DNA of 32,000 bases from Saccharolobus solfataricus (GTDB taxonomy: Archaea > Thermoproteota > Thermoprotei_A > Sulfolobales > Sulfolobaceae). Numbering within the stretch: position 1 is the first letter of the stretch; each line of letters begins with the position of its first letter. The notes beneath the pieces were generated by a model, which had not been told where the DNA came from, searched no databases, and saw nothing but the letters and a program-made list of their open reading frames with translations. Below are positions 1-7,525 of the stretch, in pieces. The stretch lies in assembly GCF_900079115.1 (NCBI RefSeq), contig NZ_LT549890.1, positions 960,001-992,000 on the forward strand, written 5' to 3'. The translations under genes were made by a program, and so were the position numbers.

Positions 1-162
1 ATAAACAATAAAGTTTTTCATCATCACAAAAACTCACAAAATCCTATCTAAAAGGAAATATTTATATTACGTCTTCATTCTCTCTTCTCGTAAACGAGAA
101 TTATATCCTAATTTTGAGTGGAGGAGGTATTTATATATATCTTTTTTGTAGAGATTATAAAT

Positions 163-924
163 ATGGAAAGTAAACTTTTGAGTCTGGAAGAAGCAGTGGA
201 AGTAGTGAAGAAAGGAGATTCTGTTACAATAAGTGGTATAAGCATACATAGAAATCCTATGGCATTTATATATGCTTTGGTGAAGAAGGGAGTTAGAGAT
301 CTGTATTTCATAGATAGAGAGCCTGGCTTTGGTCTTGAGGTCCTATTAAAATATGGATTGATAAGGAAATTGAGAATAGCCATGTCTACTTTAGAATGGT
401 TCTCGAGTATTCCAAAGCATTTTAGGAAAATGACCGAAGAAAGAGAGGTTGAAATATTGGAAGATACTTGTGGTGCTTTTATTGCTGGGATAAGAGCAGG
501 GAGCTTCGGTATACCGTTTATGCCGGTTAGGGGAATAATAGGGTCTGATCTAGTTAAAATTCATGAAAGAGAAGGTACATGGAAAGTTGTCGAGGATCCA
601 TTTAGTGGAGAGAAAGTTGTACTCGTAAAGGCTATCAACCCAGATGTTGCAATAATACATGTAAATAAGGCTGATGAAGAGGGAAATGCGGAAATCCTAG
701 GTCCACTATATGAAGATGAGTACAAGGCTAAAGCAGCCAAAAAGGTGATAATAACTGCCGAAGAGATAGTTCCTAGATCTTACTTCTATGGTAGGAGACC
801 GACTATTAATGGAGAATACGTTACTGCTGTGGTTCACGCACCAAAGGGTGCAGAGCCGACTAGTATGTTCCCACTTTATGATGCAGATTACGAGAAAATT
901 ATAGAGTTTCTAGAGCACTTCTAA
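163..924 (+). CDS. CoA-transferase family I, subunit A-like
   Basis: ORF track 118..924. The first ATG is at 163 (MESKLLSLEEAVEVVKKGDSVTISG...), about 25 nt downstream of TTTATATATAT (131-141). The blocks 'LSLEEAVEVVKKGDSV' and 'GAFIAGIRAGSFGIPFMPVRG' fit glutaconate/3-oxoacid CoA-transferase alpha subunits. Assigned from motif memory. Confidence 0.7.
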   Translation: MESKLLSLEEAVEVVKKGDSVTISGISIHRNPMAFIYALVKKGVRDLYFIDREPGFGLEVLLKYGLIRKLRIAMSTLEWFSSIPKHFRKMTEEREVEILEDTCGAFIAGIRAGSFGIPFMPVRGIIGSDLVKIHEREGTWKVVEDPFSGEKVVLVKAINPDVAIIHVNKADEEGNAEILGPLYEDEYKAKAAKKVIITAEEIVPRSYFYGRRPTINGEYVTAVVHAPKGAEPTSMFPLYDADYEKIIEFLEHF

Positions 925-1636
925 GGTTATAAGGATCCATATAATTAATGAATCTCAAATCTTCATCAGTTAGATCTATTAACCTTTCGCTATCTTTTCT
1001 CTTTACCTCAAAGTCAGTATTCTCCACTACTTTCTCATATGAGCTAAATGGATAGATTGCCTCTAAGTACCATTTCCTTTCCTCTCTATTATATGCTAAA
1101 ACTCCCAAATTAGTCACCACAAATACTTTATTATTTGAAAACTTTGCTGTTCCAGTTATGAAGTCCACCCTTCTGACAAGAGATCTTTTAGAGTGTTTTA
1201 GGTTCCATAAGATTGCCTTTCTAGAAAGAGGTAGGATAAATGCTGTAGCTGCTCCACCTGGTAATTTAACTTTAGGATTATGGTATTCATTTCCAATCAT
1301 AGTTAAATTTACATTAGTTTCCTCGTCTATTTGTGCTGGACCTAAGAACATGACATCTAGTTTACCTTTCTGTGCGAGGTCGAATGCGTCAGCAGTAATC
1401 ATAACTGGAGAGGCTTCCACAAAGAATGGGTTCCCTGTAGATGGCGATAATACTACTCTTGATGGATTTGAGGCTTCTGCTACTCCTATTATTCTTATCT
1501 TTTTTCTGTAAAGGTCTCTGGCCATGAAAGACGCAATTAGTGAAGGTATTGAGTTCAGGCCAATATAGACTAATTCTCCATCTTCTAATAATGTCGAAAT
1601 AGCCTTTATGACATAATCTACATTGTAACTTTTCAT
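899..1636 (-). CDS. CoA-transferase family I, subunit B-like
   Basis: 245-aa ORF. 'VYIGLNSIPSLIA', 'DVMFLGPAQIDEETNVNLT' and 'KLPGGAATAFILP' resemble beta subunits of the same transferase family. Convergent with subunit A, with a 26-nt 3' overlap. Confidence 0.65.
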   Translation of the reverse strand: MKSYNVDYVIKAISTLLEDGELVYIGLNSIPSLIASFMARDLYRKKIRIIGVAEASNPSRVVLSPSTGNPFFVEASPVMITADAFDLAQKGKLDVMFLGPAQIDEETNVNLTMIGNEYHNPKVKLPGGAATAFILPLSRKAILWNLKHSKRSLVRRVDFITGTAKFSNNKVFVVTNLGVLAYNREERKWYLEAIYPFSSYEKVVENTDFEVKRKDSERLIDLTDEDLRFINYMDPYNLRSALETL

Positions 1637-1674
1637 GAATAATTTTAAGTTTTTACGCGTTATTAAAGATATTG

Positions 1675-1992
1675 ATGGTAAAGGTTTACAAGATAGGTGA
1701 TTATTACATAGCTGGTGTAGAGCACGTAATTCAAGGATATTTACAAGATGTTGTTTTCGTTTATAAGAACAATAATAATTGGGTTAGTGTTAGCGCGGAA
1801 AGATTTAGGAGCAATGACCCTTCTATTAACAAGGTGAAAGAAGCGGTAAAGTATGCTACTCATGAGGAAGATCTAAAAAAGGCGATAGAGGAGTTACGAA
1901 GCAGTGGTATTAAGATAGAAGAAGTTAAGGAAATCCCGTTCCCCAGAAAGTTTATTGAAGGGAGGAAGAAGATTCAAGAAGAGTTTGATTGA
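1675..1992 (+). CDS. hypothetical protein (105 aa)
   Basis: ORF 1672..1992. ATG at 1675 directly follows TTG at 1672. Coding-like composition, no recognisable motif. Confidence 0.45.
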   Translation: MVKVYKIGDYYIAGVEHVIQGYLQDVVFVYKNNNNWVSVSAERFRSNDPSINKVKEAVKYATHEEDLKKAIEELRSSGIKIEEVKEIPFPRKFIEGRKKIQEEFD

Positions 1993-2018
1993 TATAAAAA
2001 TCTAGGGCATCTATACAT

Positions 2019-2945
2019 TTAGGGGAGATGAACCCTAAATTTACTTTTCTTTAGTGCTAATTTCAATAATCTATCATCAATTTTTAACCAATTTTTCAAA
2101 TCAAGTATTGTGTTATAATCAAATTTATCTAACGTATTTAATTCCTTAATTAACCTGCTCACTTTGTCTGCATTTGATTGTGTCGATATAATAGCCTCTT
2201 CTAGGTTATATCCCACGATTACCTTTAATAGTATTTCAATTATTGAATTTATCCTATCTGGGACTCCAACTGTAGAGTTTCTTAACGAAATCTTGACTTG
2301 TGGTAACTCATCATATCCATATCTTCTTGATAGTTCGTAGGTAGCATTCTTAAGCCTTCTTCCCTTATCTACTATCCCCCCAATTATGAAAAACTTCGTA
2401 TTCCTTATTATCTCCTCATTTGCGATAGTGTCACCATAGGGGTTTAACACAATAGCATTGTCTTTAGGAATGTAATTAAGAATTTCTATTTTATTTCTAC
2501 CTTCTAATTTGAAAGAATCTGGAGTATGAGCTAACTTCAAGTTATAGTCAAACAAATACTCCCTAATGGTTTTTATTGAAACCAGTATTTGTTGTTCTAG
2601 ACTTATTTTCTCCTCATCTTGTAATAAATCCATATTCCCTAAATCTATTATGAATTGCGGATTTTCCGGTATTATATAGCTGGGTATCTTTATCTCCCCA
2701 TTTTTCAAAAAAATATAATCCGTAATTTCCTCTCCTTTCCCTTTTAGAATCTTTATCCTTTCCTCAACTGATGCAAGCTTACCATAATCATGTTTTTTAG
2801 ATATTCCATAATCGTAAAGAAGCATGTTTATTGCAATTGATTGCAGATATCCTGTTTTGAAAAATTTTTTTAGAGTGGTAATTTTTAATGTCTCTACACC
2901 GAGAGTGTTTGTGAGATATCTTGCGAAAGCCTTACCTAAGATCAT
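2019..2945 (-). CDS. trm10: SPOUT-class tRNA methyltransferase, Trm10-like (tRNA m1A9/m1G9 type)
   Basis: 308 aa. The C-terminal block 'FFIIGGIVDKGRRLKNATYE...STVGVPDRINSIIEILLKV...LEEAIISTQSNADKVSRL' matches my recollection of the Sulfolobus Trm10 SPOUT core. The start ATG overlaps the stop of the upstream vWA gene (ATGA at 2942-2945, minus strand). Confidence 0.65.
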   Translation of the reverse strand: MILGKAFARYLTNTLGVETLKITTLKKFFKTGYLQSIAINMLLYDYGISKKHDYGKLASVEERIKILKGKGEEITDYIFLKNGEIKIPSYIIPENPQFIIDLGNMDLLQDEEKISLEQQILVSIKTIREYLFDYNLKLAHTPDSFKLEGRNKIEILNYIPKDNAIVLNPYGDTIANEEIIRNTKFFIIGGIVDKGRRLKNATYELSRRYGYDELPQVKISLRNSTVGVPDRINSIIEILLKVIVGYNLEEAIISTQSNADKVSRLIKELNTLDKFDYNTILDLKNWLKIDDRLLKLALKKSKFRVHLP

Positions 2946-4012
2946 TGTCGCATTTTTCTCGTTATTTCTGATAAATCACTCTTACTGTCATTACTCAACT
3001 TTTTAGTCTCCTCAATTAACTCTGGTTTTCTAGTTTCATCAGCAACTCTCTTTAACTCATTGAGAACTTTAGTCGTATCTTTTCCAGCCTCTAAAGCTTC
3101 TGAGTACTCTCTTAGTAATCTATAATATCTAATCTCTAATATAACATCTCTATCCAGATGACTTTCCACAACTTCCGGATTACCCCTTTGTAAAATAACG
3201 CTTTTTGTTACAGTCTTCCTTTGATTATCTATAGGGTCAATATAGTCTGCAGTGAACGTAATTGTATATGGATCCTTTCCAGCGGGTATAACAAAACTTC
3301 CGTAAACTGCAATTAGTTTTTCTACTATAGGTATTCTTATGGGGAGATCGTAGTTAAAAGGCATAAAGCCTTGAGGAACTATTAAATTCAAATTATGGGC
3401 GTATGTCGATGTGGTTCTTTGGCTTTCAAAAACATCGGGTAATTCAGAGATATCTTTCAAATGGTAGAACTTTCCTGATGATTTGTCTGCTAATTTCTTT
3501 AGAATTCTCTCATTATAATCACTACCTATACCTATTGTAATTATTTGAGTGTTTGGTGGGATATCGAATTTTTCATAATCCTTAACGTTCCTCTTATCAG
3601 TTGGTTTTCCATCAGTTAGCATGATGATCTTGTTAGGTACTTGTGATTGTTTTGCTAAGTTAAGGGCAAAATTAACGGCTTCATGAAGTCTAGTGGTATA
3701 TCCTTTACCTACATCGAAAGTTATTATTCCTTTGGCTGGCCCTTGATACTTTATTTCCGGGTGGTTAGAGAATAGAATTAGCGTTACATAGTCTCCCTCA
3801 TTTAGACTATATAAAAGCTTTTGGGCTGATTGTACTGCAGTATTTAGCTTTTCACCACGCATTGATGGACTATTATCAATCATTATGATATAGTGTATGC
3901 TACTTGTTATTGCACCTTGCTGAGGAACTATATAAACTATAAAGCCTACTTCGGTTGGTCTATCACTATAAACGTAAGTATGTGATTGTTTCAGGCTAAT
4001 AGCAATAGCCAT
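2942..4012 (-). CDS. von Willebrand factor A (vWA) domain protein, ArnB-like paralogue 1
   Basis: The ORF track gives 2942..4252, but the conserved protein begins at the ATG at 4012 (MAIAISLKQSH...). MIDAS motif 'IMIDNSPSM', then 'LTDGKPTD' and 'ITIGIGSDYNERILKKLA'. S/T- and K/R-rich C-terminal helical tail. The 80-codon upstream extension is antisense to the Q-rich linker of the FHA gene. Confidence 0.85.
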   Translation of the reverse strand: MAIAISLKQSHTYVYSDRPTEVGFIVYIVPQQGAITSSIHYIIMIDNSPSMRGEKLNTAVQSAQKLLYSLNEGDYVTLILFSNHPEIKYQGPAKGIITFDVGKGYTTRLHEAVNFALNLAKQSQVPNKIIMLTDGKPTDKRNVKDYEKFDIPPNTQIITIGIGSDYNERILKKLADKSSGKFYHLKDISELPDVFESQRTTSTYAHNLNLIVPQGFMPFNYDLPIRIPIVEKLIAVYGSFVIPAGKDPYTITFTADYIDPIDNQRKTVTKSVILQRGNPEVVESHLDRDVILEIRYYRLLREYSEALEAGKDTTKVLNELKRVADETRKPELIEETKKLSNDSKSDLSEITRKMRQ

Positions 4013-4066
4013 ATCTAAGATATTATAGTAGAAATTTTTAAGTACTATGACGCCTTTTATACAAAC

Positions 4067-4696
4067 ATGACATGGAGATGTCCAGTCTGTGGTTATGAAA
4101 ATGCGGACGATTCCCTCTTTTGCATCAAATGTGGTACTAAAAAACCAGAGCAACAAGTAGAGCAACCTCCAGCACCTCCCGTTGAACAACAAGCAAGCGG
4201 ACAACAGTCTGTAGAGCAGCAGCCTGCAGATCAGAATCAACTCTCTCAACAATCTGCAACATCAGAACAACAGCCAGTGACTGAACAACAAGCACCTCAG
4301 CAAGTGGTAGTTGAACAACCCAGTGAAACTGCAAAAACTGAACAACCTCAATCAGCCACAACTACTGTAAGTAAGTACTATCTTCTTTTCATTAATACTC
4401 CTAATCCAGCATTCAATAAGACTAAACTACCTTTAGATTTCGATATATTTCCCTCAATATCGATAGGTAGAAGTCCCGAAAACGTAATAGTGATTCCAGA
4501 TCCTGAAGTGTCTAGAAAACATGCAATTATTAGTTTTGAAAATAACGAGTTGTATCTAGAGGATCTGAATAGTACTAATGGTACTTATGTTTATGATGGT
4601 AAAGTATTCCAGCCAGTAAAGGGGAAGATCAAGGTTCAGCATAATTCAATTATAAAATTAGGTAATAACACTGTAGTGAGAATTGTGGGAGAATGA
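4067..4696 (+). CDS. arnA: Zinc-ribbon + FHA domain protein (ArnA-type)
   Basis: N-terminal zinc ribbon 'CPVCGYEN...CIKCG', a Q/P/E-rich linker of about 80 aa, and a C-terminal FHA with 'GRSPEN', 'VSRKHA' and 'NSTNGTYV'. Same architecture as the Sulfolobus archaellum regulator ArnA. Confidence 0.8.
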   Translation: MTWRCPVCGYENADDSLFCIKCGTKKPEQQVEQPPAPPVEQQASGQQSVEQQPADQNQLSQQSATSEQQPVTEQQAPQQVVVEQPSETAKTEQPQSATTTVSKYYLLFINTPNPAFNKTKLPLDFDIFPSISIGRSPENVIVIPDPEVSRKHAIISFENNELYLEDLNSTNGTYVYDGKVFQPVKGKIKVQHNSIIKLGNNTVVRIVGE

Positions 4697-5502
4697 TGAA
4701 TTTAGACGAAGTTAAGAGCGTCGTAAGTAATGCTATAGAGATTTATAAATCCAAGTATGATTCACCATTTGTGGGGAATTTTGAAGTTGACGGTAATGTA
4801 GTTTTTGTAGGAGATACCCACGGCGCGATTGACGTTACCAGTAAGGTTTTTTCTGATTTCGCTGAGAATGCAGATTTAGTAGTGTTTTTAGGGGATTATG
4901 TTGACAGAGGGGAGGATCAATTAGGTAACTTATTATTAATCTTACGTAAAATGATAGAGAAGCCAGATAAATATATAGTATTAAGAGGGAACCACGAGAG
5001 TCCAATAACCAATGAGTACTACGGATTTAAGGAGGAGGTTAAGGAAAAGTTAGGGGAAGAAAACTATGAAATGTTTGTGGATCTCTTCTCCTATATGCCC
5101 TATGCAGTAGTGGTCAATGGGTATTTTTGTATTCATGGAGGTTTACCAATGGGTTTAGAGAAGGTTGAGGAGATTAAGAAATTGCCCAGACCAGATGTAA
5201 ATCCAGATAACCCGATAGCCTTTCAATTATTGTGGAATGATCCGAGAGAAGGAATTGACGATTTAGACTTCTTACCTAGCATAAGGGGGGAGGGGATATA
5301 TTTCTTTGGAAAACGTGTCGTTGATAATTTTTTGGAGAATAATTCTCTAAAAGGTATAATAAGAGGACATGAAGCTGCAGATGGTTTTAGAACTGACATG
5401 GGTGGTAAAGTGATTACAGTTTTTTCTAGTAGATATCATCATATGAGAGCTGGAATTTTAGTTTTAAAAAAGGATGGTGAATTCGATTACGCGTATGTTT
5501 AG
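4693..5502 (+). CDS. PPP-family Ser/Thr protein phosphatase (PP1-arch/PP2A-like)
   Basis: Canonical metallophosphoesterase motifs 'GDTHG', 'GDYVDRG', 'GNHE', 'HGG' and 'RGHE'. The ATG overlaps the arnA stop (ATGA at 4693-4696). Confidence 0.9.
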   Translation: MMNLDEVKSVVSNAIEIYKSKYDSPFVGNFEVDGNVVFVGDTHGAIDVTSKVFSDFAENADLVVFLGDYVDRGEDQLGNLLLILRKMIEKPDKYIVLRGNHESPITNEYYGFKEEVKEKLGEENYEMFVDLFSYMPYAVVVNGYFCIHGGLPMGLEKVEEIKKLPRPDVNPDNPIAFQLLWNDPREGIDDLDFLPSIRGEGIYFFGKRVVDNFLENNSLKGIIRGHEAADGFRTDMGGKVITVFSSRYHHMRAGILVLKKDGEFDYAYV

Positions 5503-5512
5503 GTGATGTGAT

Positions 5513-6655
5513 ATGACCCTTTCGTTAAGAGTAGATACAAGCCATAAGTACTCATTTAATGCAGATGTTAGGTATATCTTTAAGGTATTATTAGTTCCAG
5601 AGAAATTAGGCTCTGCAACTGGTTTCCACTACATAGTAGCCCTTGATACAAGCGGGTCTATGACGGGATATAAAATAGAGTTAGCTAAACAAGGTGCCAT
5701 AGAATTATTCAAAAGAATACCTAATGGCAATAAGGTTTCCTTCATCACTTTTTCATCAAATGTGAACGTGATTAAGGAATTCGTTGATCCTTTAGACTTA
5801 ACGAATGAGATATTGCAGATAACAGCAGGAGGTCAAACGGCACTATATACAGCGATCTTAACTGCAAATAGTTTAGCTAAGAAGTATCAAATGCCAACCT
5901 ATCTATTACTGTTAACTGACGGAAATCCCACAGATGAGACGAATATTGGGAATTATCTAAAGTTACCCTATTATGAAAAAATACAGGTCTATTCATTTGG
6001 AATTGGTGACGACTATAATGAACAACTACTTCAAAGTGTTAGTGATAAGACGGGAGGGGTAATGTATCATATTTCAGATGCTAACGAAATACCGCAAAAG
6101 CTTCCTCAAAAGGCTGTAACGCAAATAGCTGCAAAGAATGTTACGGTTGATATAACTGCTGAGGGTAACGTAAAACTTTTGAATTATGTAACAACACCAG
6201 TAAAAGTAAATGGGATAGAGAACGTTATTAAAATTTTTGGAGAAACCATTTTACCAGCCAATTATGAGGGTAACTTCTTAACTGTGAAAGTCAATTATGA
6301 AGATCCGGTAACTAATAAGCCAGAATCACTTTTGCAAGTTATTCAAGTTAGGAAAGCACAAGATCAAAATACATTTGTATCTGGCATAAACAATGACGTG
6401 ATAAATGAATATAGATACTATGAACTATTGGATAAATACGCGAAACAAGTTCAAGCCGAACAATTGGTTGAAGCTACGAAAACTCTTAACCAACTAAATG
6501 AAATAGCCCAACAGACCAGAAGAATAGACTTCATGGAGACTACTAGAAGGTTGTCTGAAGGTTTAGAGACCACTAAAAGGATAGGTACAGTTGAACAGAC
6601 TAAGAGGTTATCAAAAGAGGTTACTAGTGAGGTTACTAGAAAGCTTAGGGAATGA
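5513..6655 (+). CDS. vWA domain protein, ArnB-like paralogue 2
   Basis: MIDAS 'ALDTSGSM', 'LLTDGNPTD', 'FGIGDDYNEQLLQSVS'. C-terminal tail carries five T-[RK]-[RK]-[IL] motifs. GGTGA at 5502-5506 lies 6 nt before the ATG. Confidence 0.85.
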   Translation: MTLSLRVDTSHKYSFNADVRYIFKVLLVPEKLGSATGFHYIVALDTSGSMTGYKIELAKQGAIELFKRIPNGNKVSFITFSSNVNVIKEFVDPLDLTNEILQITAGGQTALYTAILTANSLAKKYQMPTYLLLLTDGNPTDETNIGNYLKLPYYEKIQVYSFGIGDDYNEQLLQSVSDKTGGVMYHISDANEIPQKLPQKAVTQIAAKNVTVDITAEGNVKLLNYVTTPVKVNGIENVIKIFGETILPANYEGNFLTVKVNYEDPVTNKPESLLQVIQVRKAQDQNTFVSGINNDVINEYRYYELLDKYAKQVQAEQLVEATKTLNQLNEIAQQTRRIDFMETTRRLSEGLETTKRIGTVEQTKRLSKEVTSEVTRKLRE

Positions 6656-7196
6656 TGGTAGCGTAATCCACATCTAAAATTCTTACATCATTTCTTTCCC
6701 TATATTCTATACCATCTACTATTATAGGTATATTAGAAACTGTAATATTGTAATTTTCTTTTAAATAACCTATTAATTTGTCGATCAATTCCCTTTTATC
6801 TGATGCTATAATTGGTACGTCATTTAAAATTAACATTCGATAGGGCTTTCCGTTCTTTAAACCAAGGAAATATAGTTTCGTCATTAATACGTTCATTTCT
6901 CCTATAACCTTTTTGTAGGCTTTCAGAGCTATCAGTACTCTATCACTGCCTTTAAGTGAGTATAATGTTTCAGCACTCTTTTTCACCTTTATTTTATACT
7001 TGTAGTTAGGATAGAAGTTAAAACCAACTTTTGGAGGATCAAATATTATAAGCTTTCGTAGAGCGTTATTGGTTAGATCATATGACACGTACGCTGGAAA
7101 TTCCTCTGCAAAGGAATCTATGAACTCATACCTGGTTATTATGTATCCGGTTTCAGCAGCAATTATAGACGAGATATCAATTCCATTTAGTTTCAT
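6645..7196 (-). CDS. hypothetical protein (183 aa)
   Basis: Long ORF with coding-like composition and no motif I recognise. Its 3' end overlaps vWA paralogue 2 by 11 nt (convergent). Confidence 0.5.
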   Translation of the reverse strand: MKLNGIDISSIIAAETGYIITRYEFIDSFAEEFPAYVSYDLTNNALRKLIIFDPPKVGFNFYPNYKYKIKVKKSAETLYSLKGSDRVLIALKAYKKVIGEMNVLMTKLYFLGLKNGKPYRMLILNDVPIIASDKRELIDKLIGYLKENYNITVSNIPIIVDGIEYRERNDVRILDVDYATIIP

Positions 7197-7525
7197 ATGT
7201 ATATTCTCTCCTCGGCAATATTTAATTATTTCTTATTTATCGTTGATCAGAATAAACAAAAACCTAATTTATCATTATATATTTCCCTAGAAAGTTGAAT
7301 AGTTTTTAATCGATTACGGTGTTTAATTTATAGAAGAAAGCGATTTAGGTGTCTTTTGCGAATTGTAATTTGTAAATAATACGTTGTAAAAATGTTAATA
7401 TTGGTAGTCATGTATCTCTCCTAGTTAATCGTCTTCATTCAATTAAATTCGTAGTAATCTTTGAAATAAAGTGAATTCGCAATGGATATCTGAATCCCCA
7501 TAGAAGATCTTAATCTATAATTTTA

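Noticed and set aside
67-383. Minus-strand ORFs 67..249 and 108..383 at the left edge
   Set aside because: They overlap the promoter and 5' part of the well-supported CoA-transferase A gene, and their translations are low-complexity. A possible minus-strand gene start at about 19-21 (ATGAAAAAC...) leaves only about 7 codons in the window, so it cannot be supported.
4013-4252. 80-codon N-terminal extension of the vWA-1 ORF (track entry 2942..4252)
   Set aside because: The extension is Leu/Cys/Trp-rich nonsense. It lies antisense to the stop-free Q-rich linker and zinc ribbon of the FHA gene. The vWA-family sequence starts at the ATG at 4012, leaving a normal 54-bp divergent promoter.
4137-4361. 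74-aa minus-strand ORF inside the FHA gene
   Set aside because: It is antisense to the GAACAAC-repeat linker. Its low-complexity V/L/Q translation is a by-product of the biased codon content of the sense strand.
4691-4700. AAUGAUGA (C-box-like) at the arnA/phosphatase junction
   Set aside because: It is fully explained by the ATGA stop/start overlap followed by a second ATG codon. No D box lies at an appropriate distance.
70-7440. Shared 11-mer CGTCTTCATTC at about 70-80 and about 7429-7439
   Set aside because: Many exact 11-mer matches are expected by chance among all position pairs in 32 kb. The contexts are unrelated and the identity does not extend.
7356-7482. 9-bp inverted repeat TTGCGAATT (7356-7364) / AATTCGCAA (7474-7482) in the long intergenic gap
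   Set aside because: The arms are short and 109 nt apart. An inverted 9-mer pair within a 330-bp AT-rich region is roughly as likely as not to occur by chance. No supporting structure or flanking features were seen.
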